64,000 nt of DNA, taken from an uncultured virus (IMG/VR IMGVR_UViG_3300044655_001909). Its lineage: Duplodnaviria > Heunggongvirae > Uroviricota > Caudoviricetes. The translations under genes and the position numbers were made by a program. The notes beneath the pieces were generated by a model that had not been told where the DNA came from, did no database searches, and was given only the letters and a program-made list of their open reading frames with translations. Position 1 is the first letter of the stretch. Each line of letters opens with the position of its first letter. Shown in pieces: positions 50,841-60,212 of this stretch. The stretch lies in the IMG/VR virus record IMGVR_UViG_3300044655_001909; one strand, 5' to 3'.

Positions 50841-51572
50841 ATGATACAAAAAATAAATGATCGACTAAATGAATATTTAGAGTTCGATAATTCTATTTTA
50901 TTCTTTGATCCACTAATTAGAATCTTTGGTGGTGCTATCCGTGATAGTATTGCAGATGAAAAAATCAATGATGTCGACATCCTATGTGGTGCACAATCTA
51001 TTAGAAGATTAGAATCTATTTTAGAACAAAATGGTTATCATCGCTTTGAAAAACTTACATCTGTTGACATTACTAATCTTTATTCAACAATACACGTTAT
51101 ATCCGAACCACATACTTGGATTAAAGGAACTAAAGTAGTTCAATTGATTAGACCTAGATTACAAGTTGTGCGAGAAAAACGCGAAAATGAATCAGAACAA
51201 CAAAACTATACAGATAATTTTAAAGAACTTATTGAGAATGTAGATTTAAGTTGTTGTGGAGTTAGTTGGTCAAAAGGAATTCTCTTTGAAAATTGTGAGT
51301 CTGCAATACTTCATTGTTTAAATAAACAATATAATGTAAATCAAGGTGCTAGAATGTACTCATATGAAAGAGCAACACATAGAAGAGCCAAACTAGAAAG
51401 TAGAGGTTGGGAAGAAGTTTCTAAAAATAGAGTTCAAAGAAGAGATTTGAAGATTGACTTTATCTTACAGAATAAAGAAGAGTTTGAGTTTACTAAAGAA
51501 TGGAGTGAGGTAAGTAAACCACTATTGAAAGGTGAAGATCCACCATTTAGTAGAGGTAAAGTATGGAACTAA
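50841..51572 (+). CDS. Nucleotidyltransferase (polyA polymerase/CCA-enzyme head-like)
   Basis: IFGGAIRD...NDVDI; RRDLKIDFIL near the C-terminus. Confidence 0.75.
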   Translation: MIQKINDRLNEYLEFDNSILFFDPLIRIFGGAIRDSIADEKINDVDILCGAQSIRRLESILEQNGYHRFEKLTSVDITNLYSTIHVISEPHTWIKGTKVVQLIRPRLQVVREKRENESEQQNYTDNFKELIENVDLSCCGVSWSKGILFENCESAILHCLNKQYNVNQGARMYSYERATHRRAKLESRGWEEVSKNRVQRRDLKIDFILQNKEEFEFTKEWSEVSKPLLKGEDPPFSRGKVWN

Positions 51573-51586
51573 AAAATAAAGACGAA

Positions 51587-52144
51587 CTATTTAAGTAGTT
51601 CGTCTATTTTTTTATCTCTTCGTGAAGGAACATCTAAAAATCCATCCCATTTCCTAATTTCATCATTCTTAGCTTTAATTAGTTCAGCTCTTTTACTATC
51701 ATCTAATTGATTTTTATAAAGCCAATCTAAATGAGATTTAACACTATCAGATATATATTTTATAGTACGACCACTAGTATCTATATCTACTAAATCATCT
51801 ACAGTGAAGATATTCTGTCTATATAAGAAAAGTTTTTTCTTACCTATTACTGATGGGAAATAACCTAACTCAGAATGATAAATCCATTTTATATTTCTAT
51901 ATCTCTTAAAATTCCAAATATAGTTAAAGATACTTTTCTTCCCATCCATTATAGCACCACCTATAAGACCATTTGTTATTAAATTCCATATCAGAAAGAA
52001 AAACAAACTTGAAAAAAATACTGCACTAATATTAGTAGAATCTATAAGACACATTTTTCCAAACCAAGTACATAAAACTGCACCAAAAACAACCAAACTA
52101 ATTCCAAAAAAATGGAATAAAACATTTTTTAATTTACTACTCAT
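51587..52144 (-). CDS. Two-TM membrane protein with C-terminal RRDKKIDELL motif
   Basis: Hydrophobic N-terminus; shared motif. Confidence 0.7.
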   Translation of the reverse strand: MSSKLKNVLFHFFGISLVVFGAVLCTWFGKMCLIDSTNISAVFFSSLFFFLIWNLITNGLIGGAIMDGKKSIFNYIWNFKRYRNIKWIYHSELGYFPSVIGKKKLFLYRQNIFTVDDLVDIDTSGRTIKYISDSVKSHLDWLYKNQLDDSKRAELIKAKNDEIRKWDGFLDVPSRRDKKIDELLK

Positions 52145-52397
52145 TATTTATTCTTTTAATTTTTTTGTCTCTCATTTCACTTAAAGTAAGTGGACTAACT
52201 CTTTTATTACAACATTCACAAACAAAAACTACATCATCAACATCTATACCTATCGAAGATAATAAAGTTACTTTATGTTTAAGATCGACTGTACTTGTTA
52301 AACAATTTGGACAATACATATATTTTCTACACAAATCATTTAGATTTGTATAAATACTATCATTCTCAATTGGATATATTTTAAATGGTCTTCTCAT
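52137..52397 (-). CDS. Zinc-ribbon protein with C-terminal MRDKKIKRI motif
   Basis: CPNC ... CECC; likely start 52397 (TAATG overlap). Confidence 0.65.
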   Translation of the reverse strand: MRRPFKIYPIENDSIYTNLNDLCRKYMYCPNCLTSTVDLKHKVTLLSSIGIDVDDVVFVCECCNKRVSPLTLSEMRDKKIKRINNE

Positions 52398-53101
52398 TAT
52401 TTTAATACTCCAGTCATTTGTAACCATCTTGTCTTAACAAAACTAAAGTAATCACTTGGTGTCAAACCATAATTACCAACAGACCAACCATCATTAATCT
52501 CAATAAGATAGTTAGTTCCTTTACTATCAATACCAATATCTAATGTGTAACTATTTTGATCTAAATTAGATTTTGATAATTGATATATCTCGTCGACAAA
52601 TGATTTATCAGGTACAATGTAAGGATCACCTAAATAATGTTTAACTCCTAAGATACCTCTATCTTTATGAATGTAAACTCTATACTCAGAATCAAACTCA
52701 ACAATCTCTTGACAAGAAATATTATCTTTAAAGTCTTGTGTGAATAACTTAGCTTCTCTTACATCATTAACTATAATTCCGGTGAAAGCTTTAATATGTT
52801 TATAAGGTTTTATAAAACAAGGATATTCAGTTATTGCATCAATAGTTGTAATAACTTCTTTTCTTTTCTTAAAGTCAGTAGCCCACTTATCATCAATAGC
52901 TGAAATGTTATAACACAACCACTCTAAAGATTCTTCTACAGTAGTTACAACAATATTATAAGGGTTCATATTGACTTCTTTTATATCAGAGAAAGCAATA
53001 CATTCTATTCCAGCATCATTGGCACCTATGGCTGCATCCGAACAAAAGTTATCGAACGGTACTCCATTTTCGTCTACTCTATAATATAATTTTGGTTTCA
53101 T
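52397..53101 (-). CDS. ATP-grasp protein (DUF4343 / R2K-like)
   Basis: PCFIKP, K.FTG, SEYRVYI, YTLDIG, LIEIND.W..G.YG. Confidence 0.8.
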   Translation of the reverse strand: MKPKLYYRVDENGVPFDNFCSDAAIGANDAGIECIAFSDIKEVNMNPYNIVVTTVEESLEWLCYNISAIDDKWATDFKKRKEVITTIDAITEYPCFIKPYKHIKAFTGIIVNDVREAKLFTQDFKDNISCQEIVEFDSEYRVYIHKDRGILGVKHYLGDPYIVPDKSFVDEIYQLSKSNLDQNSYTLDIGIDSKGTNYLIEINDGWSVGNYGLTPSDYFSFVKTRWLQMTGVLK

Positions 53102-53304
53102 TTTAGTATTTCATTTATTTTATCTTCTCTACGTTTTGCAATTTCTTTATCACATTGAATTATATAAGCTTCCCACATACCATTTTCTTGATATGCACTA
53201 TCTAGTGTATTTTTAAGTTCAACTAAATCCCAGAAAGGTAATGTTTCTATTAGAGAAACTCTTTCAACTGGTGATAAACTAGAAAAGTGTAGTATATTCT
53301 TCAT
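53098..53304 (-). CDS. Small protein with C-terminal RREDKINEIL motif
   Basis: Likely start 53304; TATATTTG at 53317-53324 (minus). Confidence 0.65.
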   Translation of the reverse strand: MKNILHFSSLSPVERVSLIETLPFWDLVELKNTLDSAYQENGMWEAYIIQCDKEIAKRREDKINEILK

Positions 53305-53360
53305 AATTATTATATGCAAATATATGTAAAAATATTTAATCTATTTAAAATTATTTTTAT

Positions 53361-53368
53361 TATATTTG
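53361..53368 (+). promoter_or_regulatory. Bacteroidota-type -7 element; divergent partner at 53317-53324 (minus)
   Basis: TATATTTG 4 nt before ATG 53373. Confidence 0.6.
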
Positions 53369-53372
53369 CTAT

Positions 53373-53708
53373 ATGAAAACATTTACTCACACATTTGAAA
53401 TTTCTGACGAAGCTTATGTGCTTTTACTTTCTATTCAAAAAGAAGGTTACGCAGAGTATAGAGATACTCGTTGGGAATCATTAGAAGATTTTCGTGCAGA
53501 TGATGAAACAGGGTTTCGTTCAGAGGATAGTTTTTTAAAACGTAATCACGGTGGTACTTACTACCTAACTTCAGAACTATTAAAATACAATCTAATAGAT
53601 CATGTTGAAGATTCTTGGCACATAACTTATGAGCTAACTGATTTTGCTAAAGAAATGTTATCATTACAAAATCTCAGAAATGGAAAACTTATTGAACTTT
53701 TAAAATAA
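53373..53708 (+). CDS. Small protein (possible winged helix) with C-terminal LRNGKLIELL motif
   Basis: ELLKYNLI..YELTDFAK; shared motif. Confidence 0.65.
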   Translation: MKTFTHTFEISDEAYVLLLSIQKEGYAEYRDTRWESLEDFRADDETGFRSEDSFLKRNHGGTYYLTSELLKYNLIDHVEDSWHITYELTDFAKEMLSLQNLRNGKLIELLK

Positions 53709-53713
53709 TATAT

Positions 53714-53914
53714 ATGAAACTAAACATTGGTGACTTAGTTATCTTGAAATCAAATCCATTTGAAGTAGGAGAATTTCTTATGTGTGGTGAGAAGTTGATT
53801 GTAGATATAAAAGATACTTCTGATCTAACTGGAGAAACTTCAAGCTTATGGGTTATGATAGAAGGTTATAATGATTGGATAGATAGCACTTGGTTTACAA
53901 AAAAAAATAATTAA
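53714..53914 (+). CDS. Small hypothetical protein (SH3/KOW-like start)
   Basis: MKLNIGDLVILK. Confidence 0.55.
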   Translation: MKLNIGDLVILKSNPFEVGEFLMCGEKLIVDIKDTSDLTGETSSLWVMIEGYNDWIDSTWFTKKNN

Positions 53915-53915
53915 T

Positions 53916-54257
53916 ATGGGATTAACAAAGGCATTAAATAATAGAATACTTTATCATTTACATTTAGAACCAGATGGTAACACCAACTTCAAACATTGTT
54001 ACGAAGGTTTCATAAGTAAAACCCAACCTTGTTATGAAGAAATAATACGTTATCATAAAGAACAAACTGGTAATGATCGATTAGATGCAGTCGTTAGATT
54101 GGCAACACCACTTTATATTAAAATACATACGGATAACAACATTATGTTTACTTTATCATTAAATGATAGAGAATTATGTTTCTTAGGTGAATTAGACTTG
54201 AATGCAATATTCAGAACAGAAATTAGAGAATATAATATCGATTATATTTTTGGATAA
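53916..54257 (+). CDS. Hypothetical protein with C-terminal IREYNIDYIF motif
   Basis: Shared motif. Confidence 0.6.
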   Translation: MGLTKALNNRILYHLHLEPDGNTNFKHCYEGFISKTQPCYEEIIRYHKEQTGNDRLDAVVRLATPLYIKIHTDNNIMFTLSLNDRELCFLGELDLNAIFRTEIREYNIDYIFG

Positions 54258-54304
54258 TTTTCAAATATGTCGTATATTTGTATTAGAAATTTAATATATA
54301 ATTT

Positions 54305-54604
54305 ATGATTGATTTTACTGAATACAAGTACGGTACAAAGCTAAATATGACACTATCTGATGATAATTCAGATGTTCATGTTGCTGCTATTATTGAAGAG
54401 ATCGAGTGGTCTCCTAACAGATTACCTTTTCTAGTACACATTAGATTAGATGAAAGTGAAGATACTTCTAAATGGCCAAACAAATCTAAAATTGTTTTAG
54501 AAGTGAAGTGTGATGAAGATAAAGAACAAATGTTTCTTTTAGATTGTCCTGCACAATTAGGAAGAAAAACTTTACGTTGCAAAGCAAAAATACATTTAAA
54601 CTAA
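54305..54604 (+). CDS. Hypothetical protein
   Basis: TATATTTG at 54273-54280 upstream. Confidence 0.6.
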   Translation: MIDFTEYKYGTKLNMTLSDDNSDVHVAAIIEEIEWSPNRLPFLVHIRLDESEDTSKWPNKSKIVLEVKCDEDKEQMFLLDCPAQLGRKTLRCKAKIHLN

Positions 54605-54675
54605 AATAAGTTCTAAATAGGATTAAAGTCTGAGAGGTCGAAAGACAGGACATATATCTGGTACAGTTTAGACAC

Positions 54676-54705
54676 AAAAAAGAGAGCAATTGCTCTCTTT
54701 TTTTA
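54676..54705 (+). terminator. Terminator, AGAGAGC/GCTCTCT family
   Basis: Same AAAAAGAGAGCAATTGCTCTCTTTTT palindrome as at 18949. Confidence 0.85.
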
Positions 54706-54745
54706 TTTTATTACGTTTTTGTTTATAAAACTTAATATATACAAT

Positions 54746-56020
54746 ATGAAATTAAATGAAGCAAAATATAGAAGCCCTAAGTGGTTAAGAAACTATGTTG
54801 ACTTTGAAGTTAATACAGGTGACGATATTAAAGGTGAACCTTCTAAAAGAAAGGCCGCTAAACTTGAAAAAGAAAGACAAGACAAACTTAAAGCCGAAAG
54901 ACTTAAAAAACAAGCAGAAGAAGAGAAAGAGAGAGCTCGTCAAGCTATGTATGATGAGTGGAAAAAAGAAGCTAAGAAAAAATCAGAACAAGATCAAATT
55001 GAAAGAGAACTTAATACCCTTTACCAATCGATGATTTCTGACTTTAGTGCTAATCGTTATTCAGATAAGATTTCTACACCACAAAGAAATGGTAAAACTG
55101 CTTGTTACTATACATTTGAAAATGGTAAAGTTCTAAAGATATATAAAAATACAACTGATGCTAGATTTTGTGTAGAATGGGAAAGTACTATCTATACAAT
55201 TGGTTTAGAATGGACAAATAAATTCATAGGTTTATGTAATGAAATGATTAAAAAAGGTGGTCCTAGACCAAAAAGATCTGGTTATGATAGATATGATAGT
55301 TATGGTAAAGGTTCTAGTCAAAGTTCAGGTAGTTCAGGATATAAACAAAGTTCTTCTTCTGGACAAAGAAAAGCAGATAATACACCACCAAAATGGAGAG
55401 ATCATCCAAAAGGTGGAATGTATCAAACTTTAAAAGATACGGTTAAGTTAAGAGAAGAACAATTAAAGAAAGCAACTGGTTCAGATAAAGAAGCACTTCA
55501 GAACGAGTTAACCGCAGCTAAGAGAATGTTAGACAATCTTAATAAAAAATATAACTTTGAAAGTAATATACAAAACTTTATTCAATTCAATCAAATCTTT
55601 GAGAAAAGTAAATTTGTTGATACTGATGAGTTTAATGATTTATTAGATAAGATTAATGACGGTGGTATAACATCTTTAACTGATATAGAAAAGAAAAGAT
55701 TAGACCTATTCTCAATGGATGATGAACCTATCTTAGATGTAATTGAAAGAATGGGAGATTTAACTGCTCAATTTAAAATTATAAATAAAAAGTTAAAAGA
55801 CTTACAAAGTCAAGGTAGAATAGTAGATGCAAAAAACTTATTTAGAGATGAATGGGGACCTTTAAATGATGAAATGACAAAACTTGAGAGAATAATTCAA
55901 GAATATGGTATTGACTTAGGGGATGAAACATTTATGTCAATGATGAATAAACACAGAGCTGATGTTTATGGATATGATCCTGATAACGAAGGTGATGATA
56001 AATTAGAGATGGATATGTAA
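54746..56020 (+). CDS. Multi-segment hypothetical protein with short leader (MKLNEA) and internal leader-like FIQFNQIFE
   Basis: Likely start 54746 after AATATATAC. Confidence 0.65.
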   Translation: MKLNEAKYRSPKWLRNYVDFEVNTGDDIKGEPSKRKAAKLEKERQDKLKAERLKKQAEEEKERARQAMYDEWKKEAKKKSEQDQIERELNTLYQSMISDFSANRYSDKISTPQRNGKTACYYTFENGKVLKIYKNTTDARFCVEWESTIYTIGLEWTNKFIGLCNEMIKKGGPRPKRSGYDRYDSYGKGSSQSSGSSGYKQSSSSGQRKADNTPPKWRDHPKGGMYQTLKDTVKLREEQLKKATGSDKEALQNELTAAKRMLDNLNKKYNFESNIQNFIQFNQIFEKSKFVDTDEFNDLLDKINDGGITSLTDIEKKRLDLFSMDDEPILDVIERMGDLTAQFKIINKKLKDLQSQGRIVDAKNLFRDEWGPLNDEMTKLERIIQEYGIDLGDETFMSMMNKHRADVYGYDPDNEGDDKLEMDM

Positions 56021-56021
56021 T

Positions 56022-56504
56022 ATGAAATATGTAAAAACATTTGAATCTTTAAAAGAAGATAAAGAAGAATTAGAACAATTAAGAGAAACAATCAAAATGA
56101 TTTTTGTTGATTTAATTGATGAAGGATTTTCTACACAAATACTAACATCACAAAGAGAAAAGGTAGAAGGACTTCAATATAGTGCTCGTCAAGGTAAAGC
56201 AGATAAGTATAGTAAGTGTAATGTTGTTTATGTTAGGTTAGTAAGATTTAAAGATAACGATGATGAGACATCTTTCCGTGTACATAATAACAGATCAGAA
56301 ATCTATAGACACAAAATAACTGATTGTTTTCACACTTTACTATCAATTTTAGATAGAAAATGGGGTGGTGCTAAATTAGAGAAAATAGTTAGAGAAGATG
56401 CAATTACATCAGATGATACTTACTTTCATAATATAGATGAAGAAAAAATATGGAGTAGAGACTTTATATCAATTGCAATTACAATAGTAAAAAAAGATTT
56501 ATAA
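56022..56504 (+). CDS. LxDEGF-family protein with leader MKYVKTFES
   Basis: IFVDLIDEGF; LDRKWG. Confidence 0.7.
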   Translation: MKYVKTFESLKEDKEELEQLRETIKMIFVDLIDEGFSTQILTSQREKVEGLQYSARQGKADKYSKCNVVYVRLVRFKDNDDETSFRVHNNRSEIYRHKITDCFHTLLSILDRKWGGAKLEKIVREDAITSDDTYFHNIDEEKIWSRDFISIAITIVKKDL

Positions 56505-56899
56505 TGAGATACTTAAAACTATTTGAAGGTGGTATAAACCAAGATATAATTGATAAAGATTATATTGAAATGTGTTTCGTTGATTTTATTGATGAAGGTA
56601 ACTTCCGTTTATATTTAGGATATGATAAAAAAACATGTTCAATTACTATTAATCGTGAATCTATCTCTAACCGTGATAAAAGAGGTACAATAAAGGATTT
56701 TAAAGAAAGATCTAAACTAAACTATGAACTATTTGATAAAATAGAAGAGTGTCTACCAAAAGTTAAGCTTCAATACCCTTACATGCAATATAAAATACAT
56801 GACCATTCTGGGGCAGATGAAGAGGAGATTAGAGTAGATTTAGCACTAGATACTGCAGCTTCAGTAATTCGTGAACCACGAATTTGGTTTCCACTTTAA
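56504..56899 (+). CDS. LxDEG-family protein with leader MRYLKLFEG
   Basis: CFVDFIDEGNF. Confidence 0.7.
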   Translation: MRYLKLFEGGINQDIIDKDYIEMCFVDFIDEGNFRLYLGYDKKTCSITINRESISNRDKRGTIKDFKERSKLNYELFDKIEECLPKVKLQYPYMQYKIHDHSGADEEEIRVDLALDTAASVIREPRIWFPL

Positions 56900-57708
56900 A
56901 TAAAATCATATAACCATTTATATCCACGTGCGGTTTTAGTTATACCACAAGCACACATTGTTATATTACCAGTGCTACAACCTAGTTCTAACGCAGCAAT
57001 CTTAGCACATTCCCAAGTTTTTATAAAATCACCATCTAATGTATATTGATGTACCTGTTTTCTCTGTTTGGAAATAAAACCGGTTTTACCTGTATTCCAA
57101 CTCTTGTTTCCTTTTTTCCATCTTGTAGATAATCCACTCTTGATCACACTATTATTTATATTGGCATTTTCTATAATAGTATTAAGTTCGTCTTTAGTAA
57201 TAATACTATATACTTTCTCATATAACCAAATATAACCACCAGATGTTTTTCTTTTACCAATTAAAACATTATATATTCTTTTACCACAAAACTCTCTACC
57301 TTCTTTTATGGAATTAAAAGTATTTACATACTCACCACTTTTTGTTAAACAAACTACCTTTACTGGTGGTTTTCCCTTTAAACTACCACTATTACCAAAG
57401 GTTGCTCCATTTCCACCACCACATATATTAAATAATTTAATACCATTTTCTTTAAATTGTCTAACATAAAACTTTTCTTTAGTCTTCCACTCAGCAACAT
57501 CTACTTCTTCAATAATCTCTAATATAGGCAAAAGACCCTGATCTAATAAACTTTTAATCCATACATTTTTAGCAGTGTTATCTCCTGTATTTGTATCACC
57601 TAAACTTTTATGTTTTCTAAATCTACCTTTAGGGTCATTTGCCTTACCAACGTATTTCACTTGTCCATCTAGTGGACAAACCAGTGAATAAATAAATGTT
57701 TTCTTCAT
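56896..57708 (-). CDS. Free-standing GIY-YIG homing endonuclease with NUMOD1 repeats
   Basis: FIYSL..VKYVGKA..RF..H, KE..YV, LFN; two NUMOD1-like repeats (GGYIWLY, RGYKWLY). Confidence 0.85.
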   Translation of the reverse strand: MKKTFIYSLVCPLDGQVKYVGKANDPKGRFRKHKSLGDTNTGDNTAKNVWIKSLLDQGLLPILEIIEEVDVAEWKTKEKFYVRQFKENGIKLFNICGGGNGATFGNSGSLKGKPPVKVVCLTKSGEYVNTFNSIKEGREFCGKRIYNVLIGKRKTSGGYIWLYEKVYSIITKDELNTIIENANINNSVIKSGLSTRWKKGNKSWNTGKTGFISKQRKQVHQYTLDGDFIKTWECAKIAALELGCSTGNITMCACGITKTARGYKWLYDFI

Positions 57709-57789
57709 ATTGTATATATTAAAAATAATCCACCCTCTCCTGTGATTATTAGTATTTTTTTATTATCTTTGTAAAACAAATAAAAAAAT

Positions 57790-58512
57790 ATGACAAAAGA
57801 GATAAACCCCGTAGAAACTACAGTAGCGACCAATTTTACAATTAATCAAAAGTTTAATTTCTTAGATAGTTTGACTACAATGGTAGTTGAAAATGTCACT
57901 CCATCTATCTTGGTTTTAGGATCTGGTGGCCTAGGAAAAACTCACTCTGTTACTACAACAATACAAGACAACAACTTAGAAGAGAAAGATTATATATTCA
58001 TCAAAGGTTATTCAACCGCGAGAGGACTTTATAATACTTTATACGATAATAATGGTAAACTAATCATCTTTGACGACTGTGACTCAGTTTTAGATGATAG
58101 AGTAGCAATAAACATCTTAAAGTCAGCACTTGACTCATACGAAACAAGAACAATCACTTGGTCTGCACGTATGAATAAAGCTGATGTTTATCCACAATCG
58201 TTTAACTTTACTGGTAGAATAATCTTTATCTCTAACAAAGATAAAGCAAAAATTGACGGAGCAATCTTATCAAGAAGTTTAACTGTTGATTTAAGTATGA
58301 CACCAGACGAGAAAATACAAAGAATGGAATATATCTTACCTAACATCTTACCTGACTACGAGTTAGAAGTAAAGAAAGATGCACTTGGTTTCTTATCAAA
58401 GAATAAAGAAAGTGATAACTTGAACCTTAGAACATTAATAATGATTTCTAAAATCAGACATTCTTACGAAGATAGTTGGGAAAACTTAGCAACTTATATG
58501 ATTAATTCATAA
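57790..58512 (+). CDS. Phage P-loop ATPase (AAA-like)
   Basis: GSGGLGKT, LIIFDDCD, LKSALD, F.GRIIFISN, AILSR; TATCTTTG at 57764-57771 upstream. Confidence 0.8.
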   Translation: MTKEINPVETTVATNFTINQKFNFLDSLTTMVVENVTPSILVLGSGGLGKTHSVTTTIQDNNLEEKDYIFIKGYSTARGLYNTLYDNNGKLIIFDDCDSVLDDRVAINILKSALDSYETRTITWSARMNKADVYPQSFNFTGRIIFISNKDKAKIDGAILSRSLTVDLSMTPDEKIQRMEYILPNILPDYELEVKKDALGFLSKNKESDNLNLRTLIMISKIRHSYEDSWENLATYMINS

Positions 58513-58513
58513 T

Positions 58514-58759
58514 ATGACAAAACGAGAGGCATATAAAACCTTTACCGTTGAATGTATCGACGACTTTTATGATACGCTTACCTTAGGTAAGTTGTATCAA
58601 GTCGGTATTTATGATATAATAGAACAAGGTTCTCCCGAAGAAAGTTATATTATTGAAAATGATTTAGGTTATACAGAATGTTTTTATAGTGATAGTTTCA
58701 AAATTGTAAACAAAGCTGAAGAACGTGATATAAAGTTAAAGGAATTATTCAATGAATAG
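58514..58759 (+). CDS. Small protein (LT.GK.Y..I.ND.G type) with C-terminal ERDIKLKELF motif
   Basis: Paralogous with 59042..59254. Confidence 0.65.
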   Translation: MTKREAYKTFTVECIDDFYDTLTLGKLYQVGIYDIIEQGSPEESYIIENDLGYTECFYSDSFKIVNKAEERDIKLKELFNE

Positions 58760-59045
58760 AAATTATAAACTAGAACGATTACAAAACGGAGAAACCTTTG
58801 TCACTAAAGAGACCGGTAACTCTATGGTTCCACTAATCAAATCTAAACAAGAACACGTTCTATCTCCTGTACTTATTGAAGATGTAGTACCAGGTGACAT
58901 CGTTTATTGTAAAGTAAAAGGTAACTGGTATACTCACTTAGTTAAAGCAATTGACCCTTTAAAAGGTTGTTTGATTGGTAATAACAAAGGTAATATAAAT
59001 GGTTGGACGAAACAAGTTTATGGGAAAGTAATAGAGGTTTTATGA
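58752..59045 (+). CDS. S24/S26 peptidase-like small domain
   Basis: GNSMVPLI, PGDIVYC, THLVK, YGKV. Confidence 0.65.
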   Translation: MNRNYKLERLQNGETFVTKETGNSMVPLIKSKQEHVLSPVLIEDVVPGDIVYCKVKGNWYTHLVKAIDPLKGCLIGNNKGNINGWTKQVYGKVIEVL

Positions 59046-59254
59046 GAGTAAAGTGTATTAAATACTATGGTAATTTGACTAAGTCACATGGACTGACATT
59101 AAATACTTATTATCAATTAACTGATATAGATAAACACGGCTATCGAGTAATTGACGACTTAGGCAGAAATTACTGGTTTACTAAAGAATGTTTTGAACCA
59201 ATAGAAGAAGCAAGAGATAACATATTAAATGAATTACTAAATGATATTTTTTAA
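59042..59254 (+). CDS. Small protein with C-terminal ARDNILNELL motif
   Basis: MRVKCIK..LTLNTYY..VIDDLG..F; ATGA overlap at 59042. Confidence 0.65.
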   Translation: MRVKCIKYYGNLTKSHGLTLNTYYQLTDIDKHGYRVIDDLGRNYWFTKECFEPIEEARDNILNELLNDIF

Positions 59255-59561
59255 TGATACCGGAGAAATGATTGATGTTCTTATAGAGAACACTGCATTT
59301 AAACCTACACTATATACTAAAGTTGGTGAGTTCTTAGCTCAAGATATATTTGATATTCTTATAGAAGAAAAAACAGGTTTGAATGATTATGATAATATAA
59401 AGATAACAAGAATTATTGAAATATTATGTAAAAAAGTTAAATACTATCAAGTACATATATCTTGTACTCATAATGGATTTATGGTAGGTGGATCAGAACA
59501 TATTGAAGATTTACCTCAAAAGATTAGACAAAGAAAATTAGAAAAGATTTTAAACCAGTGA
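59241..59561 (+). CDS. Hypothetical protein with C-terminal IRQRKLEKIL motif
   Basis: Shared motif. Confidence 0.6.
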   Translation: MIFFNDTGEMIDVLIENTAFKPTLYTKVGEFLAQDIFDILIEEKTGLNDYDNIKITRIIEILCKKVKYYQVHISCTHNGFMVGGSEHIEDLPQKIRQRKLEKILNQ

Positions 59562-60212
59562 TAAACCATTAATATTACCGATACTACCAGAATTAACACC
59601 ATTGATTTTACCATATGTTGATACACCATCTGGTGCAATAGAAATAGGTGCCACATATTCTAAATAAGGGCGGAGTGCCAATGAACCCGTATTATACCAG
59701 TAAGTTAATTGATTAAAAGAACTAGGAGTTACATTCATAAAATCATATGTATAATCTATCACTGCTAAACTAAGCTCACCATTAAGTACCGCATCAGATA
59801 TAGCAGTAGAGTTTAATGATATTGTATACAAACCATTTGCAGGAGTATATACTTCAGAATTACTATAATTACTTGCGGTATAACCATTGAAAAGATTAAA
59901 GTGACTTGTATTTAGGTTCTCTGCATTTGTTTTTAATGATTTTAATGCTATAACAGAAGTAGTTCCTGTAGTATAATTAACATTTATTTTTAAATCTAAT
60001 GATGTAATAGTTAATCCACTTAACACAGAAGTGTCAAATGATAAATATGTCCTATCCATTTCTAGAAATCCTCCACCTCCATTAACAGCCTTTAGTTGAG
60101 CAGAGGAATTACTAACAATTAAAGCGGTATATGAAGATCTAAGTGTAGACCAGTTAGAGTTGTATTGTATTAAAGTTCCACCGTTTGTTTGATTAGCCAA
60201 AATTGTTCCCAT
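59550..60212 (-). CDS. Putative virion surface protein
   Basis: S/T/N rich, RTYLSFDTS, RPYLEY, KINGV..I..INGL C-terminus; TATATATAA upstream. Confidence 0.6.
   Translation of the reverse strand: MGTILANQTNGGTLIQYNSNWSTLRSSYTALIVSNSSAQLKAVNGGGGFLEMDRTYLSFDTSVLSGLTITSLDLKINVNYTTGTTSVIALKSLKTNAENLNTSHFNLFNGYTASNYSNSEVYTPANGLYTISLNSTAISDAVLNGELSLAVIDYTYDFMNVTPSSFNQLTYWYNTGSLALRPYLEYVAPISIAPDGVSTYGKINGVNSGSIGNINGLSLV

Noticed and set aside
54628..54651. Hammerhead ribozyme or kink-turn
   Set aside because: CTGAGAG does not fit CUGANGA, and the opposing strand reads AG rather than GA; kept only as a generic structured-RNA candidate
431..54795. Short overlapping or antisense ORFs in the track (e.g. 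431, 742, 821, 1126, 3133, 7208, 10596, 12500, 13515, 15543, 16992, 20057, 21056, 23720, 24123, 28867, 31149, 35699, 40453, 41500, 41666, 45003, 48242, 48588, 49397, 49833, 52165, 54376, 54486, 54795)
   Set aside because: Nested in or antisense to better-supported genes, with shadow-like composition and no motifs
19554..57708. Group I introns or inteins around the GIY-YIG genes
   Set aside because: Flanking genes appear intact, intergenic gaps are too short for an intron core, and each endonuclease has its own start and upstream box
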